Positions 37,786 through 50,588 of a DNA stretch of 64,000 bases are shown here, one piece after another. Below the pieces are notes generated by a model. The model was not told the DNA's origin, did not search any database, and was given only the letters and a program-made list of their open reading frames with translations. Source of the stretch: Mobula hypostoma (lineage: Eukaryota). The translations under genes and the position numbers were made by a program. The DNA is taken from positions 64,296,001 to 64,360,000 of the forward strand of contig NC_086108.1 of assembly GCF_963921235.1 (NCBI RefSeq), given 5' to 3'. Every line of letters begins with the position of its first letter. Position 1 is the stretch's first letter.

Positions 37786-40085
37786 AATCAGAATCAGGGT
37801 TATTATCACCAGCATGTGTCAGGAAATTTGGTAACTTAGCAGCAGCGGTTCAATGTAAAACATAACATAGAAGAAAAATATATATATAAATAAATAAAAC
37901 ATCAATTACAGTATATGAATATTGAACAGATTAAAAATTGTTCAAAACCAAAAATAATATGTTTTTAAAAAGTAAGATAGTGTTCATGGGTTCAATATCC
38001 ACTGCATGTGTGTCTTCAGGCTTCTGTACCTCCTACTTGATGGTAACAGTGAGAAAAGGGCATGCCCTGGGTGCTGGAGGTCCTTGACAATGGATGTTGC
38101 CTTTCTGAGACACCGCTCCTTGAAGACGTCCTGGGTACTTTGTAGACTAGTACCCAAGATGGAGATCGACTAAATTCACGACCCTCTGCAGCTTCTTTTG
38201 GTTCTGCGCAGTAGCGCCCACCCCATACCAGACAGTGATGCAGCCTGTCAGAATGCTCTTCATGGTATAACTATAGAAGTTTTTGAGTGCATTCATTGAC
38301 ATACCAAATCTCTTCAAACTCTGAATAAAGTATAGCAGCTGTCTTGGCTTCTTTATAACTGAATCGATATGTTGGGACCGGGTTAGATTCTCAGAGATTC
38401 TCAGAGATCTTGACATCCAGGAACGTAAAGCTGCTCACTCTCTCCACTTCTGATCCTTCAATGAGGATTGGTATGTGTTCCTTTGTCCTACCCTTCCTGA
38501 AGTCCACAATCAGCTCTTTCATCTTACTGATGCTGAGTGCCAGGTTGTTGCTGCGACACCACTCCACTAGTTGGTATATCTCGCTCCTGTATGCCCTTTT
38601 GTCTCTGAGATTCTACCAACAATGGTTGTATCATCAGCAAATCTATAGATGGTATTTGAGCTATGCCAAGCCACACAGTCATGGGTACGGAGGGAGTAGA
38701 GCAGTGGGCTAAGCACACACTCCTGAAGTGCATCAGTGTTGATCGCCAGCGAGGAGGAGCTATTATCACCAATCCGCATAGATTGTGGTCTTCCAGTTAG
38801 GAAGTTGAGGATTCAATTGCAGAGGGAGGTACAGAGCCCTAGGTTCTGTAACTTCTCAATCAGGAATATGGGAATCATGGTGTTAAATGCTGAGTTATAG
38901 GCAATGAACAGCATCCTGACATAGGTGTTTGTATTGTCCAGGTGGTCTAAGGCCGTGTGAAGAGCCATTGAGATTGTGTCTGCCATTGACCTATTGTGGC
39001 AATAGGCAAATTGCAGTGGGTCCAGGTCCTTGCTGAGGCAGGAGTTCAGTCTAGTCATGACCAACCTCTCAAAGCATTTCATGACTGTTGATGTGATAGT
39101 CATTAATGCAACTCACATTATTCTTCTTAGGCACTGGTATAATTGTTGCCTTTTTGAAGCAGGTGGGAACTTCTGCCCATAGCAGTGAGAGATTGAAAAT
39201 GTCCTTGAATACTCCCACCTGTTGGTTGGCACAGGTTTTCAGAGCCTTACCAGGTACTCCGTCAGGGCCTTCCACTTGCAAGGGTTCACTCTCTTTAAAG
39301 TCAGCCTAACATCGGCCTCTGAGACAGAGATCACAGGGTCATCAGGTGCAGCAGGGATCTTCACAGCTGTAGTTGTGTTCTCCCTTTCAAAGCGTGCATA
39401 GAAGGCATTGAGTTCATCTGGTAGTGAAGCATCGCTGCCATTCATGCTATTGGGTTTTGCTTTGTAGGAAGTAACATCTTATAAACCCTGCCAGAGTTGT
39501 TGTACATCCGATGTCGCCTCCAACCTCATTCAATATTGTCTCTTTGCCCTTGAAATAGCCCTCCGGAAGTCATATCTGGTTTTCTGGTATAGACCTGGGT
39601 CACCAGCCTTAAATGCCACAGATCCAGCCTTCAACAGATGACGCACCTCATAGTTCACCCACGGCTTTTGATTTTGAAATGTACAGCAAGTTTTCTAGGC
39701 ACACACTCATCCACACAGATTTTAATGAAGTTGGTAACAACTGCAGCATACTAATCCAGATTCTCGAGGATGAATCCTTGAATATGGTCCAGACCACTGA
39801 TTCAAAGAAGTCCTATAGGCGCTCCTGTGCTTCCCTTGTCCATACTTTCTGGATCCTCACTGCTGGTGCTGCAGTCTTCAGTCTCTGCCTATACTCAGGG
39901 AGTAGAAGTACAGCCAGGTGATCAGACTTCCCAAAGTGAGGGTGTGGAACAGCACAGCAGGCATTCTTGATGGTGGTGTAACAATGGTCCAGTGTGTTGT
40001 TTCCTCTGGTATTGTAAGTGATCTGTTGATAGTAATTGTTTAGTGATTTTTTCAGACTGGCCTGGTTAAAATCCCCCAAAGCAAT
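37786..40085 (-). mobile_element. Rex1/Babar LINE (AP endonuclease C-terminal half, RT, 3' UTR, (CTGATT)n tail)
   Basis: GDFNQASLKK...TRGNNTLDHCY...HFGKSDHLAVLL; GPDGVPGKALK; DPLQFAY; RFADDTT; tail aatcagaatcag on the plus strand. Confidence 0.94.
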
Positions 40086-40736
40086 GCTCCTCTGCCCACT
40101 TCCTATATTTTTTTTTAATTCTTGATCACAAAAATTGTCAGTTATTCAGAGTAAAGGGAATGTTTAGTGTTCTCTAGAAAACGATAGATGAAGAAATATC
40201 AGTGTTGGTTTAACATATAAGATAAGAAATATTTACTCCTAATTAACTGGAATGCCGTGGATTAAAATCCCACTTGCATCCCCTGCTGTGTAACACTGGC
40301 CTGATAGCCCTGTGTAACTCCTATTAGCAATCTCCATCTCACCCACTCCATCCCACCCAACCCAACCCAAAACCTAGAATGAAGCTTTAAACAAAGCAAT
40401 GTTATTCTGCATGTAACAGTAAATCATCAGGGCAGATTTCAAACCACTGACTTTTCCATGAGTTTTCAGCAATTCCAATAGATGGTAAATGGTCGCTGTA
40501 CACCAGGATGTCTACCTGTCTTTGGGCTATAAGATTGCTTCATGATGCCATCCATTTCAATTATTATTGCACTTCATATGACAAGAATCCCTCTGAAAGA
40601 ATTCCGGCAAATGCACATAATTTTCTGCTGGTAAAAAAGTGAGGGGATGGTATAATATTTTTATTTTGACATACAGATAAGTTTTGGAAATTAAATGTAC
40701 CAGGGGATTTTTGAGATGCATGTGAGTGGTATGTGT

Positions 40737-41056
40737 AACAGTTTCTTCCCCCAAGCCATCAGACTCCTCAATACCCAGAGCCTGGACTGACATCAACCTA
40801 CTGCCCTCTACTGTGCCTATTATCTTGTTTATTATTTATTGTAATGCCTGCACTGTTTTGTGCACTTTATGCAGTCCTGGGTAGGTCTGTAGTCTAGTGT
40901 GTTTTTTGTGTTGTTTTACGTAGTTCAGTTTAGTTTTTGTATTGTTTCATGTAGCATTATGGTCCTGAAAAACGTTCACTCATTTTTACTGTGTACTGTA
41001 CCAGCAGTTATGGTCGAAATGATAATAAGAAGTGACTTGACTTGACTTGACTTGAC
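40737..41056 (+). mobile_element. Rex1/Babar 3' end with (GACTT)n tail
   Basis: aacagtttcttcccccaagccatcagactcctcaat (NSFFPQAIRLLN) and tail gacttgacttgacttgacttgac. Confidence 0.85.
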
Positions 41057-41081
41057 GTGTATTAATCATAAGCCTCATTTA

Positions 41082-41275
41082 CAACCTTCCCATAAAGTGT
41101 ATCTATGTAACATTTTGTGTGTGTATTATTTTAATCTTGGTAATGCTCCACTACCTTAAGTAGTTCCGAGAGAAATTGTCAACCTTCCCATAAAGTGCAT
41201 CTATGTAACATTTTGTGTGTGTATTATTTTAATCTTGGTAATGCTCTACTACCTTAAGTAGTTCCAAGAGAAATT
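41082..41275. repeat. Direct tandem duplication, 2 x 96 bp (period 98)
   Basis: 41082-41177 and 41180-41275 differ at 3 positions. Confidence 0.95.
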
Positions 41276-41309
41276 CTCCTTGTCTGGTTGAGCTAAGTAC
41301 CTGCAAGAA

Positions 41310-43800
41310 CTTAAGAAATAAGTCAAGGAGTAGATCACATAGCCTTTCAAACTTGTCCATTTATACGATCAAGCCCGGTCTGACTTTGGCCTCACTTTTC
41401 TACCTGATTTCCACAACCCTGAAGTCCAAAAATGTTTTCATCTTAGCCTTGAATATACATAATAACTCACTATCAGGAGCTAACTGTGGTAGAGTATGCC
41501 TAAGAGTCACAATTGTTTGAAAGAAAGTAAATTCTTCCTCACCTCCATCTTAAATGGACAACTCCGTAGCTTGAAACAATGTCTCTTTGTTGTGTACTCC
41601 ACCACCAAGGAAACAACATTTGCTCTGTGAAAGACAGTCATAACCTTATTTGGTACAATGAGATGCCTTTCAGTCTTCTAAACTCTGTAAACATACCCCC
41701 TTTTAGGTCAACCTTTTCTCAAGGGGCAACCTGCTCTTGTCAGAAACTAGTCTATGGAACCTCGGCTAAGCACCTTTAGGTTTAGTCTATCCTTCCTTAA
41801 AAGAGACCAGTCAAACCAACATGCAGTGTACCAGATGTAGTCTCAGTAAAACCCTAGAAAATTAGAGCCTGGCTTCCTGATCCTAGATCTCCATCCTTCT
41901 TACAATAAAGACAAGTATTCCACTTGTCTTCCTCATTACCCTTTCTATCTGCATGCTAGCTTTCCATTTTTGGTGCAAAAGCACTCAACTTTTTTTCTGA
42001 GAGGGTCACACAATAAAAATAATATTCTGCTTTTCCATGTTTCCTGTCAAAATAGATAATCTAGCAGTTCACCTCATTATTCTCCTTCTCACAATTTACT
42101 TTCCCACCTACATTTACATTTTGTGCAAACTTGGATACATTATATCTGTGCGTTCTATCAGAGCTATTAAAATGGTTTGTAAGTAGATGAGATTGCAATC
42201 CTGATCCTTGCACCATTCCATTAACATTTATCTGTTAACCCATTCTCCATCCCAGACTGAACCACAGTAATCTTTAAAGTTGCATCTTCTTGATACATAA
42301 ATATATCACATATAATGGTAGTCTGTACCTGATATCAGGATCTTTAAAAAAACATTAATTAATATGTAAAGTGTTATATCCTTTCCATAAAACAATGTTC
42401 AATCTTCCCAATTATGATTTTATATGTCTATTATTAATTGATTACTGTGCTTTCTCTAAATGGCCTACATTTGCTATTCTCTTACTCCTTTCTCAAATAG
42501 AGAAGATGAATGTCCTGATTTCTAATTCACTGTGACCCTTCTGAAATATAGGGAAATTTTATAAACCAAATCAATGCACCTACTATTTTTGCAACCATCT
42601 CTTTTATTAGTCCAGGCAATCTATGTGTCCAAAGTCCCCTTCGTTGGCCCAGAACTTTTTATGTAGTGACATCAATGGTGGACGGTCACCCTCTGTTTTG
42701 CTGATTGTTACCTACTATTTTTGATAAGCTTTTTGTGTATTTAACTTTGAAGACAGACAGAAAATACTTATATAACATCTCTGCCATTTTCCCAATAAAA
42801 ATAGAACTATCTCAGTTGCAGAAGGATTGATATTTATTTTTCACCTCTCTTTGTTTGGTATACCAGTAGAATCTCTTGCAATCTCTTTATAAACTTCTTG
42901 TAAATTGTTGCTTGTTTTCTATTTTCATTTTATTATGCATATAAAATCATGATTTTCATATTTTTAATTCTGTAAATCTTGAGGCCAAACTAACCTTCTA
43001 TGGTTAATCATAGATTGATAATTTTTCCTATAAAATCTCTCTAAATATATTGTGCTTTTGTTGAGAATTGTGAGGTATTCTTTTGAAACTTTTCCTAACT
43101 TATCTACCATCAAACCTCCTAATCTAATTTCCAAATCCACATTTAAAGGTTTAAAGTTCTAGTTTTTCACTTAAGTTTGTCAATCTCAAACTGAAAGTGA
43201 TCTTACATTATGTTCACTATTCACTGAAGAATCCCAAACAATATATTATGAAACATTCCTTTCTTTTTGTACATTGGTGCAAGGCCAAATAGACTGTTGT
43301 TTGGTTAAACCCAGAAAATATTGTTCTTAGAAATTATTTCAAATGCATTCTTCAAGATTACCTTTGTCAATCTGATTTACTCAGTCTACATGAAGATTGA
43401 CATTGTCTTTGATTACTACATTACTTCTGCTGCAGGATTCTCTTTTGATTGATGCTGTGGCCAACAATAAAGTTACTATTAGGGAGCCTATAGGTCCTCC
43501 CAGCAGTTGCTTTGCCCTTTGTAATTTTTCTATCTCCAAGCAAACTGGTTCCACTACCTGATTTTCTGAGTCAAGATCCTCTCTCAATTCCTCAAAGCAT
43601 CATCCTTTAATATTAGAGCTATCCTGCCTCGTCTCCTTCACCATTTTGTCTGCCTTTCTCAAAGATGAAATACCTTCAAATAATCAGTTCCCAGCTTTGA
43701 ACATTTTGCGGCTTTCCTGTGCTGTGGTCATTAGATTAAACTCATGTATTTTTATTTACATCACTGGTTCATCTATCTCTATAATGATGCTTAATCCATT
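41310..43800 (-). mobile_element. Very old, heavily decayed CR1-like LINE
   Basis: Residual colinear motifs: 3' end cttaagaaataag...ggagtag, aaattcttcctcacctccatcttaaatgg, and endonuclease-like VVIKDNVNLHVD at 43381-43420. Confidence 0.6.
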
Positions 43801-43984
43801 GAGAAAAATTCTTTGATTTTGTTACATATAACGTTTCCATTTTGCTATTTTTGCCACTAGGATATATGTTTTATCACACACTATAATTACCCATATTGCT
43901 AAACCATACTGTTATCTTGAGCTCTCCCTTTAACTTTTTGTAATTTTCCTACTGGAATCACACTGCATCCTGTCCATTATTGTA

Positions 43985-44330
43985 CGTTTGCCTTCATAGG
44001 CCAAGATATTGAGTAGAAGGTTTGGGTTGTCATGTTGCCACTATATAAAACATTGGTTTGGCTTCACTTGGAGTATTATGTGCAGTTCAGGTTGTCAAAA
44101 TACTGAAAGGATATGGTAGGAATGGAGAGAGGAGAGTGCAGAAGAGATGCACCAGGATGCAGCCTGGTATGGAGGGCTATAGTTATAATGAGAAATGGGA
44201 TAGGCTACTTTTATTCTTACTGAAACATAAGAGGCTGAGTGGTGATCTTTCTAGGATTTATACAATTATGTGTGGCATTAACAGGAAAGATGATCAGAGT
44301 CTTTTTCTCAGGGCAATAAAGTCCACATTC
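43985..44330 (+). mobile_element. CR1 ORF2 C-terminal fragment
   Basis: cacttggagtattatgtgcagttc; RVQKRCTRMQPGMEGYSYNEKWDRL...RLSGDL. Confidence 0.8.
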
Positions 44331-44687
44331 AGATCAGCCTGGTTTTAAATGCAGATACCAAAGACAAAAAAAACCCCAGCAACACATACAGCTGTTGGAA
44401 ATATAGCCAGAATTTTATATTGTTCCATTGATGTGGGCAAGTTTCCTTGCCTGCTGTTCCAAATTGATAATATAAATAATGAGAGCGGATTATAACCTCT
44501 TTATGGAAGTTGGAAGAAGACTATAGGTTTTTTTCAGTCAAGCATTTCTGGACTAGAATAATTTGCTTGTAAGTGTGGTGTCAACTGTTCCAGTGGTAAC
44601 AGTCCAAAGAAACTAGATAAGCACTTAGATAGAACAGCTATTCAGAGCTTTAAAGACATGGCAGAGATTTGTTAGGATCCTTTGTGC

Positions 44688-44767
44688 CAGGAGTTCCCAA
44701 CCTTTTTTATGCCATGGACCAATGCTATTAGGCAATGGGTCCATTCACCCCAGGTTGGGGACCACTG
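44688..44767. mobile_element. About 80-bp hAT/Charlie-type MITE
   Basis: Terminal inverted repeats caggagttcccaacct ... aggttggggaccactg; second copy at 52896-52974. Confidence 0.75.
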
Positions 44768-44837
44768 TCTTAGTCTGAATGAGGGTTAGTCCTCCAAGAC
44801 ACCATAGTTCATGATCAGACAACTACCTGAGTTCTTT

Positions 44838-45294
44838 AACTTCGACTTCTCTAACTTCCGCTAATGCCCCACCTCCCCCTCGTACCCCATCTGTTATTTA
44901 TTTTTATACACATATTCTTTCTCTCACTCTCCTTTTTCTCACTCTGTCCCTCTGAATATACTCCTTGCCCATCCTCTGGATTCCCCCCCCCACCCCCGTC
45001 TTTCTTCCCAGACCTCCTGTCCCATGATCCTCTTGTATCCCTTTTGCCAATCACCCGTCCAGCTCTTGGCTCCATCCCTCCCCCTCTTGTCTTCTCCTAT
45101 CATTTTGGATCTCCCCCTCCCTTTCCAACTTTCAAATCCCTTACTCACTCTTCCTTCAGTCAGTCCTGACGAAGGGTCTCAGCCTGAAACGTCGACTGTA
45201 CCTCTTCCTAGAGATGCTGCCTGGCCTGCTGCGTTCACCAGTAACTTTGATGTGTGTTGCTTGAATTTCCAGCATCTGCAGAATTCCTGTTGTT
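44838..45294 (+). mobile_element. PLE 3' UTR and terminal repeat with 14-bp TSD
   Basis: Reverse-complement similar to 60453-60925. tacctgagttcttt occurs at 44824-44837 and 45295-45308. Confidence 0.92.
45161..45198 (+). ncRNA. Minimal type I hammerhead ribozyme motif (PLE-associated), core intact
   Basis: CAGUC-CUGACGA-A-GGGUCUCAGCCU-GAAA-CG-UC-GACUG: perfect 5-bp stem I; stem II weakened to G-U pairs. Confidence 0.65.
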
Positions 45295-46924
45295 TACCTG
45301 AGTTCTTTTCCTGTCAGCATCACAGCAATACTTAAGTAGCATGAAGGGATACCTAAAACATTTTGTTGAGCAAGTTATGTTGTCTTTGTCTGGCACTGCA
45401 TATCATTTCTGTGCCCAAATAGAAGCCAGATGGTTTCCCATCCAGATTCTGACCAGTCTGTTTTACTGGTCAATACTTACAGAATCTGTTCAGCTGAGTT
45501 CACAGTGAGCACACCTAGGATGCTGTAAATACACTTCCCTTATCTACAATGAAGCACTGCATGATAATCAAATACAGGGAAAAATACATATAAGGATACA
45601 GATGTTACAAAATTTTTGAAGATTGGTTACCCTTTTCCTGAAACTGTAAAGAAAACTTCTCTAATATGTCCATGAGATATGGCAGGGGTTCTGTTGAGGT
45701 TGTGGAAGTGTCCAAAATGAAATATGCCAATTTTGGAAGTTATTATTTTATCCCTAGTTGATTCCAACAAGCTTCTCACAACTGTTTAAATGTTTATTCT
45801 ATTAACCAAAGTTTATTTTGATAGTTATACCCAAATATTCACGATTTTCAGAATTCCCATTGGCTCAAAGCAACAGCAGTTTAAATACACAGCAAATCTT
45901 CAAAGGAGCTTCATAAATCAAGGTCCGAGCAGTTGAACATTTTGGGCCCATGCAACTCAGAAGCACGTATTGAAATCTTGACATACTGCATTTTTCATTT
46001 TGCATTGTTGGGAATAAAATAATGTACAGTTATTAAACAACATTTCACCATGAGTGGAGCTCGCTCATTATGTGTATAGAGATTACAGTCCAGATAGTGA
46101 AGTAGCACATTTTTCAACAGATGAACGAAGGGGAATCAGAAAGTAACTGAATCCACGCGTAATAGCAGTGCCAAAGTTCAGGACAGAAAATATCTGAAGC
46201 ATCTGTTGCTCTTCAGTGACTTTCTTTGTGGACCTGAAAGATTTCTTTTTTCTTTTGAAAAGTGCTGCATGAACTTGAGAAGTAGTGTCTAATTGAAATT
46301 TTACAAGAAGGACTCTATCCTACAAAGGTGGTGTCAAATAACGTACAGGCATGCCTCAGTGTTACGTAACTGAGGTCACGGTTGAAAGATGTTAGAGTGT
46401 TTTGTTCCTGGTTTTAGATTTCTTTTCATTTCTTCAGACTAGAAGGTTGCACTAAAACTCTGAGGCTTTCCTTTCAAAATGGATTAATTGAAATTATTTT
46501 GTCATTTATAGGGGAAAATCACAGAAGACAAAATTTCACAATCGACATCACAGTGAACAACGAGCAACTATAGATAATGATTATCATTTCTGTAATAATA
46601 CACTTCTGAATAATTTCAGGTATATTAAGAACTGTTTAAAGACACGGTCATTGCAAAATAGCAGTTCTTTGCAGGATTTGACAATTATTGCCTTTATTTT
46701 CTCTTATTTTGCATTTTAGAACTTCTGTCTTTCAACCAGAAAGCAGTAGCTTCTGCTCAAATGCACACCCAGACCCATAACAGACCTAAAATTTCGTGAT
46801 AATAACTCTGAAGTAAAAACTTCCATAGGATGGCAAACTATTTAGTTGCTGGAAACATTATAGGCAAATCTAATTAGGCTGGATCATCAGTATGCAGTTG
46901 CTGGGGTAAATGCCTGGAATTGCT

Positions 46925-47246
46925 TATTTATTTATTTATTTATTTATCTATCTATCTCTCTATCTATTTATTGTGATACAGCACAGAATAGGCCCTTCTA
47001 GCCCTACGAGCCACACTGCCCAGCAACCCCCAATTTAACACTCGCCTAATCATGGAACAATTTACCATGATCAATTAACCTACAAACCGGTACGTCTTTG
47101 GACTGTGGGAGGAAACTGGAGCACCCGGAGGAAACCCACATGGACACAGGGAAAACGTATGGTCTCCTTACGGGCAGCAGTGGGAACTGAACCCTGGTCG
47201 CCTGAACTGTAAAGCGTTGTGCTAACCACTATGCTACCCTACCACC
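46925..47246 (-). mobile_element. V-SINE (HE1-like), tRNA-derived
   Basis: Minus strand: A box tagcatagtggttagc, B box ggttcagttcc, V-domain gtgggtttcctccgggtgctccagtttcctcccacagtccaaagac, CR1-like 3' end, (TAAA)n tail. Confidence 0.9.
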
Positions 47247-47754
47247 CCTTCTGGAAGGAGGTCAGATCTGTGGAGTATTATTGGAAGGTGGAATCACACA
47301 GACTTTATGCCACCAGACGGTCTTCACCATTCAGTGATTCCTCCACCACTTGACTCAATAGTGAGAGGTGAGAGGCCTTTGGCTGAGCAAAGCCTCAGCA
47401 GGAATTGAACCCGGATCCCTGACTTGGTCTTTGACCTTGGTTAATGTTTATCCAAAATACCAGCCAACAAAGTAGAGTTATTATAGACAAATGGCTAAAT
47501 GAAAGCAGAAGCACGTTTCTTCTTGCATTATTGATGCAGAAGCCCTAGTGTTTTCTCGCAACTATGTTTTCCGGGATGAGAAAGGTCACAAAACATTCCC
47601 ATGCCAATTAGCTATGAAATGAAGGAAGTAATGTCACTAGCATGTGCAAAGACTTGTAACATGACCTCCTCATTGAATACGAAATGGTGTGGAGTTCACC
47701 ACAAGGTCAGCCTGTCAGGGGTTTGGCAGCCTCCTTAAAGAAAACTTCATGTGA

Positions 47755-48080
47755 TCGTGTGGATAGCCAGAGGCTTTTTCTCAGGGCTGAAATGGCTAAC
47801 ACAAGAGGGCACAGTTTTAAGGTGCTTGGAAGTAGGTACAGAGGGGATGTCAGGGGTAAGTATTTTATGCAGGGAGTGGTGAGTGCGTGGAATGGGCTGC
47901 TGGGGACTGTGCTGGAGGTGGATACAATAGGGTCTTTTAAGAGACTCCTGGATAGGTACATGGAGCTGAGAAAAATAGAGGGCTATGGGTAACCCTAGGT
48001 AATTTCTAAGGTAAGGACATGTTCGGCACATCATTGTGGGCCGAAGGGCATGTATTGTGCTGCAGGTTTTCTATATTTCA
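47755..48080 (+). mobile_element. CR1 3' end
   Basis: DRVDSQRLFLRAEMANTRGHSFKV...VVSAWNGL, followed by 3' UTR gtgggccgaagggc. Confidence 0.88.
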
Positions 48081-48599
48081 TCATTTGCTTTGTTGTTGCA
48101 GCTTACTGGTAGTTGGACATCAGGAAAAAGGATCAGATTTATTCTGTCTTTCTCCATATGAGCCTAGAGAGGGAGTATCTTTTAGTTAATGTAACTGGAA
48201 TTAAAGGGATTGGTGATGATGTTCATTGAATAGCAATCAGCAACAAACACTGACTCAGAATCCAATGTTAGGGTCGTCATCTACATTCACTGACCGCATT
48301 CTTCATGTTCAAATGCCAAAGCCTGACTGTAATGCCCCGTTTAGTCGCAGAGCCCGGTGGCCAGGTCCAAAGAACCAGGCAAACCTCTGATAATAAAATC
48401 AGGTGTCGTCTGGATGGAGTGAATCCCCACTCACAATGCCTTGACATCTGGCAAAGCTGCACCTCTAATATTGCTGTCTTTCAAACTTATCAGATATTTA
48501 CAAAAGTTTTTAAAATTCTGCAAAGTAGGGACAGTTAAAAATACAATAATGTTAAAATGTAAAAAAAATTGAAATAATTTAAAACATTGAGAACAAAAT

Positions 48600-49900
48600 C
48601 GAAAAGCATCAAGAGTAAGGCATTCAAATTTTCAGGAATATTTTGACATTCAATAAAAATATGGTTGATCCTCTGTCTCAGCCCCATGTTCCCATTCTCT
48701 CCCCACACTCCTCAATACCTTTTGTATCTTCTCAAGTACATACCACAATTTGCAATAGAGAATTCCAAAGATGCACCATACTCTACGTGAAAACATTTCT
48801 TCTTATCTCAGTTTCAGATATCTTAACCATAAGCCTAGACAGTAGCCAACTTTCCCAGCAAGACAAAGCATCTTCTTTGCACCCAGTCTGTAAAACCAGG
48901 TCAAACCTTTATTTGTTTCAATGCGATCTCCTCTCACTCTTCTAAACTTTGGTTGATCCAATTTCTCTGCATTTTGCCATCCAAGTGCATCTGATGAACC
49001 CCTGATGCACTGTATGGCAAGTATGTCTTTTCTTCAGTACGTGCATCAAATTATACACAATATTCCAAGTGCAGTCTCATCAAGTTCTGCATTGCTCTAG
49101 TGTGCCATCCATGCTTCTGTACTCAAAAACTTTTGCAATGAAGGGCAAAGTTCAATTTGACTTCTTAACTGCTTGTTTCACACATGCTATCTCTCTGAAG
49201 CTTGCTTCATCTGCCCATCTCTTCACCTGGATCCACTTATTGCTTGTCAATTCTTGCTTCACCCCTCCTCCTCAACTCTTTGCTGGCCTTCTCCCCTCAA
49301 ACACTCTCGATTCTGGTGCAGGGTCTCAACCCGAGACGTTGACTATCCTTTTGCCACCACAGATACTGCCTGACTCCCTGATTTCCACCAACAGTTTGTT
49401 TTCTGAAACCATCTTTGTCTACCTCACAATTCACAATTGCACGCAACTTCTTTTTAATGAGGACTTTAGGATTTAACAGCTTTCAATGCCATTAATTTCT
49501 TCAGTACCAGTTTTTAGTAATATTAATATCTTTCCATTCTTCCTTTTTATTAGACATTTGGGAAGTTATTACTGTATTATCTTGCAAAGGACCAACCAAT
49601 CCAATTGTTCATTTATTCTGACATTCCTTTGTTCCCCATTATCAATTCTCCCATTTTTGGCAGTCATCACTAATATTTTTCTATTTACAGATTCAAGAAT
49701 GCTTTCTAAGTCTATTTTTTACACTCCTTGCAAGTTTACTTTCATACTCTACATTTGCTCTCTTAATCAATGTCTCGTTCAATTTTTGATAAATTCTAAA
49801 CATCTCTCAACCTTTAGGCAAGCGACTTTTTCAATCAAACTCCTCTTTGAATCTTACACTATCTTTAAGTACTTCTGTTAGCCATGGCTGGCTCGTTCTA
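48600..49900 (-). mobile_element. Old CR1 remnant containing a nested old PLE terminus (about 49200-49405, plus strand)
   Basis: agagaattccaaagatgcacc and aattatacacaatattccaagtgcagtctc are CR1-like; gcagggtctcaacccgagacgttgact is PLE terminus-like. Confidence 0.6.
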
Positions 49901-49920
49901 TGAAATCTCTCAATGTATAT

Positions 49921-50164
49921 GCTGGCACAGTAGCTTAGCGGTTAGTGTAATGCTATTTCAGAGCCAGCCACCAGGATTTAATTCTCACTGCTGTCTACAA
50001 GGAATTTGTACGTTCTCCCCATGACTGAGTGGGATTCCTCAAAGTGCTCTGGCTTGCTCCCACGTTCCAAAGACTTGCAGGTTAGCAGGTTAATTGGTCA
50101 CTTGGGTGTAACTGAGCAGCGCAGGCTCATTGGGCCAGTTACTGTGCTGTATCTCTAAATTAAA
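49921..50164 (+). mobile_element. V-SINE (HE1-like)
   Basis: A box tagcttagcgg; V-domain gttctccccatgactgagtgggattcctc...cccacgttccaaagac; 3' end actgtgctgtatctctaaat. Confidence 0.85.
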
Positions 50165-50537
50165 GAATACATAAATAAATGCCGCAGAACCTCAGTGAAG
50201 CTGCTGATTCACAGCTGGGCAAGACAGGGAGTGCAGGGCCAAGGCAGAACCAGGAAATCGCCAGTAGGGGTCAGCCAGTGAGTCTGTGACTTTATTAAGC
50301 ACAGAAATCCTGAAATGTATCTGCACCTGCATTGAAAAATGTTGACAGTTCTGTGTGAAACTGTCAGATTAAACTAGGCTACTAATTAGAATTCACCTCT
50401 TAACACAAATTATCAAAGTATATTTGAAATGAATTATCAGCTCTTACGACTTGTAGATTTGATCAGTTAGCTCAGGTCATACCAAATATCATATCTGGAA
50501 GTTTTCTGGTCCAAAAGACTCAGATTCTCAATTTAAA

Positions 50538-50583
<46 letters not shown>
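50538..50583. repeat. (TG)n(TA)n compound microsatellite
   Basis: Seen directly. Confidence 0.97.
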
Positions 50584-50588
<5 letters not shown>

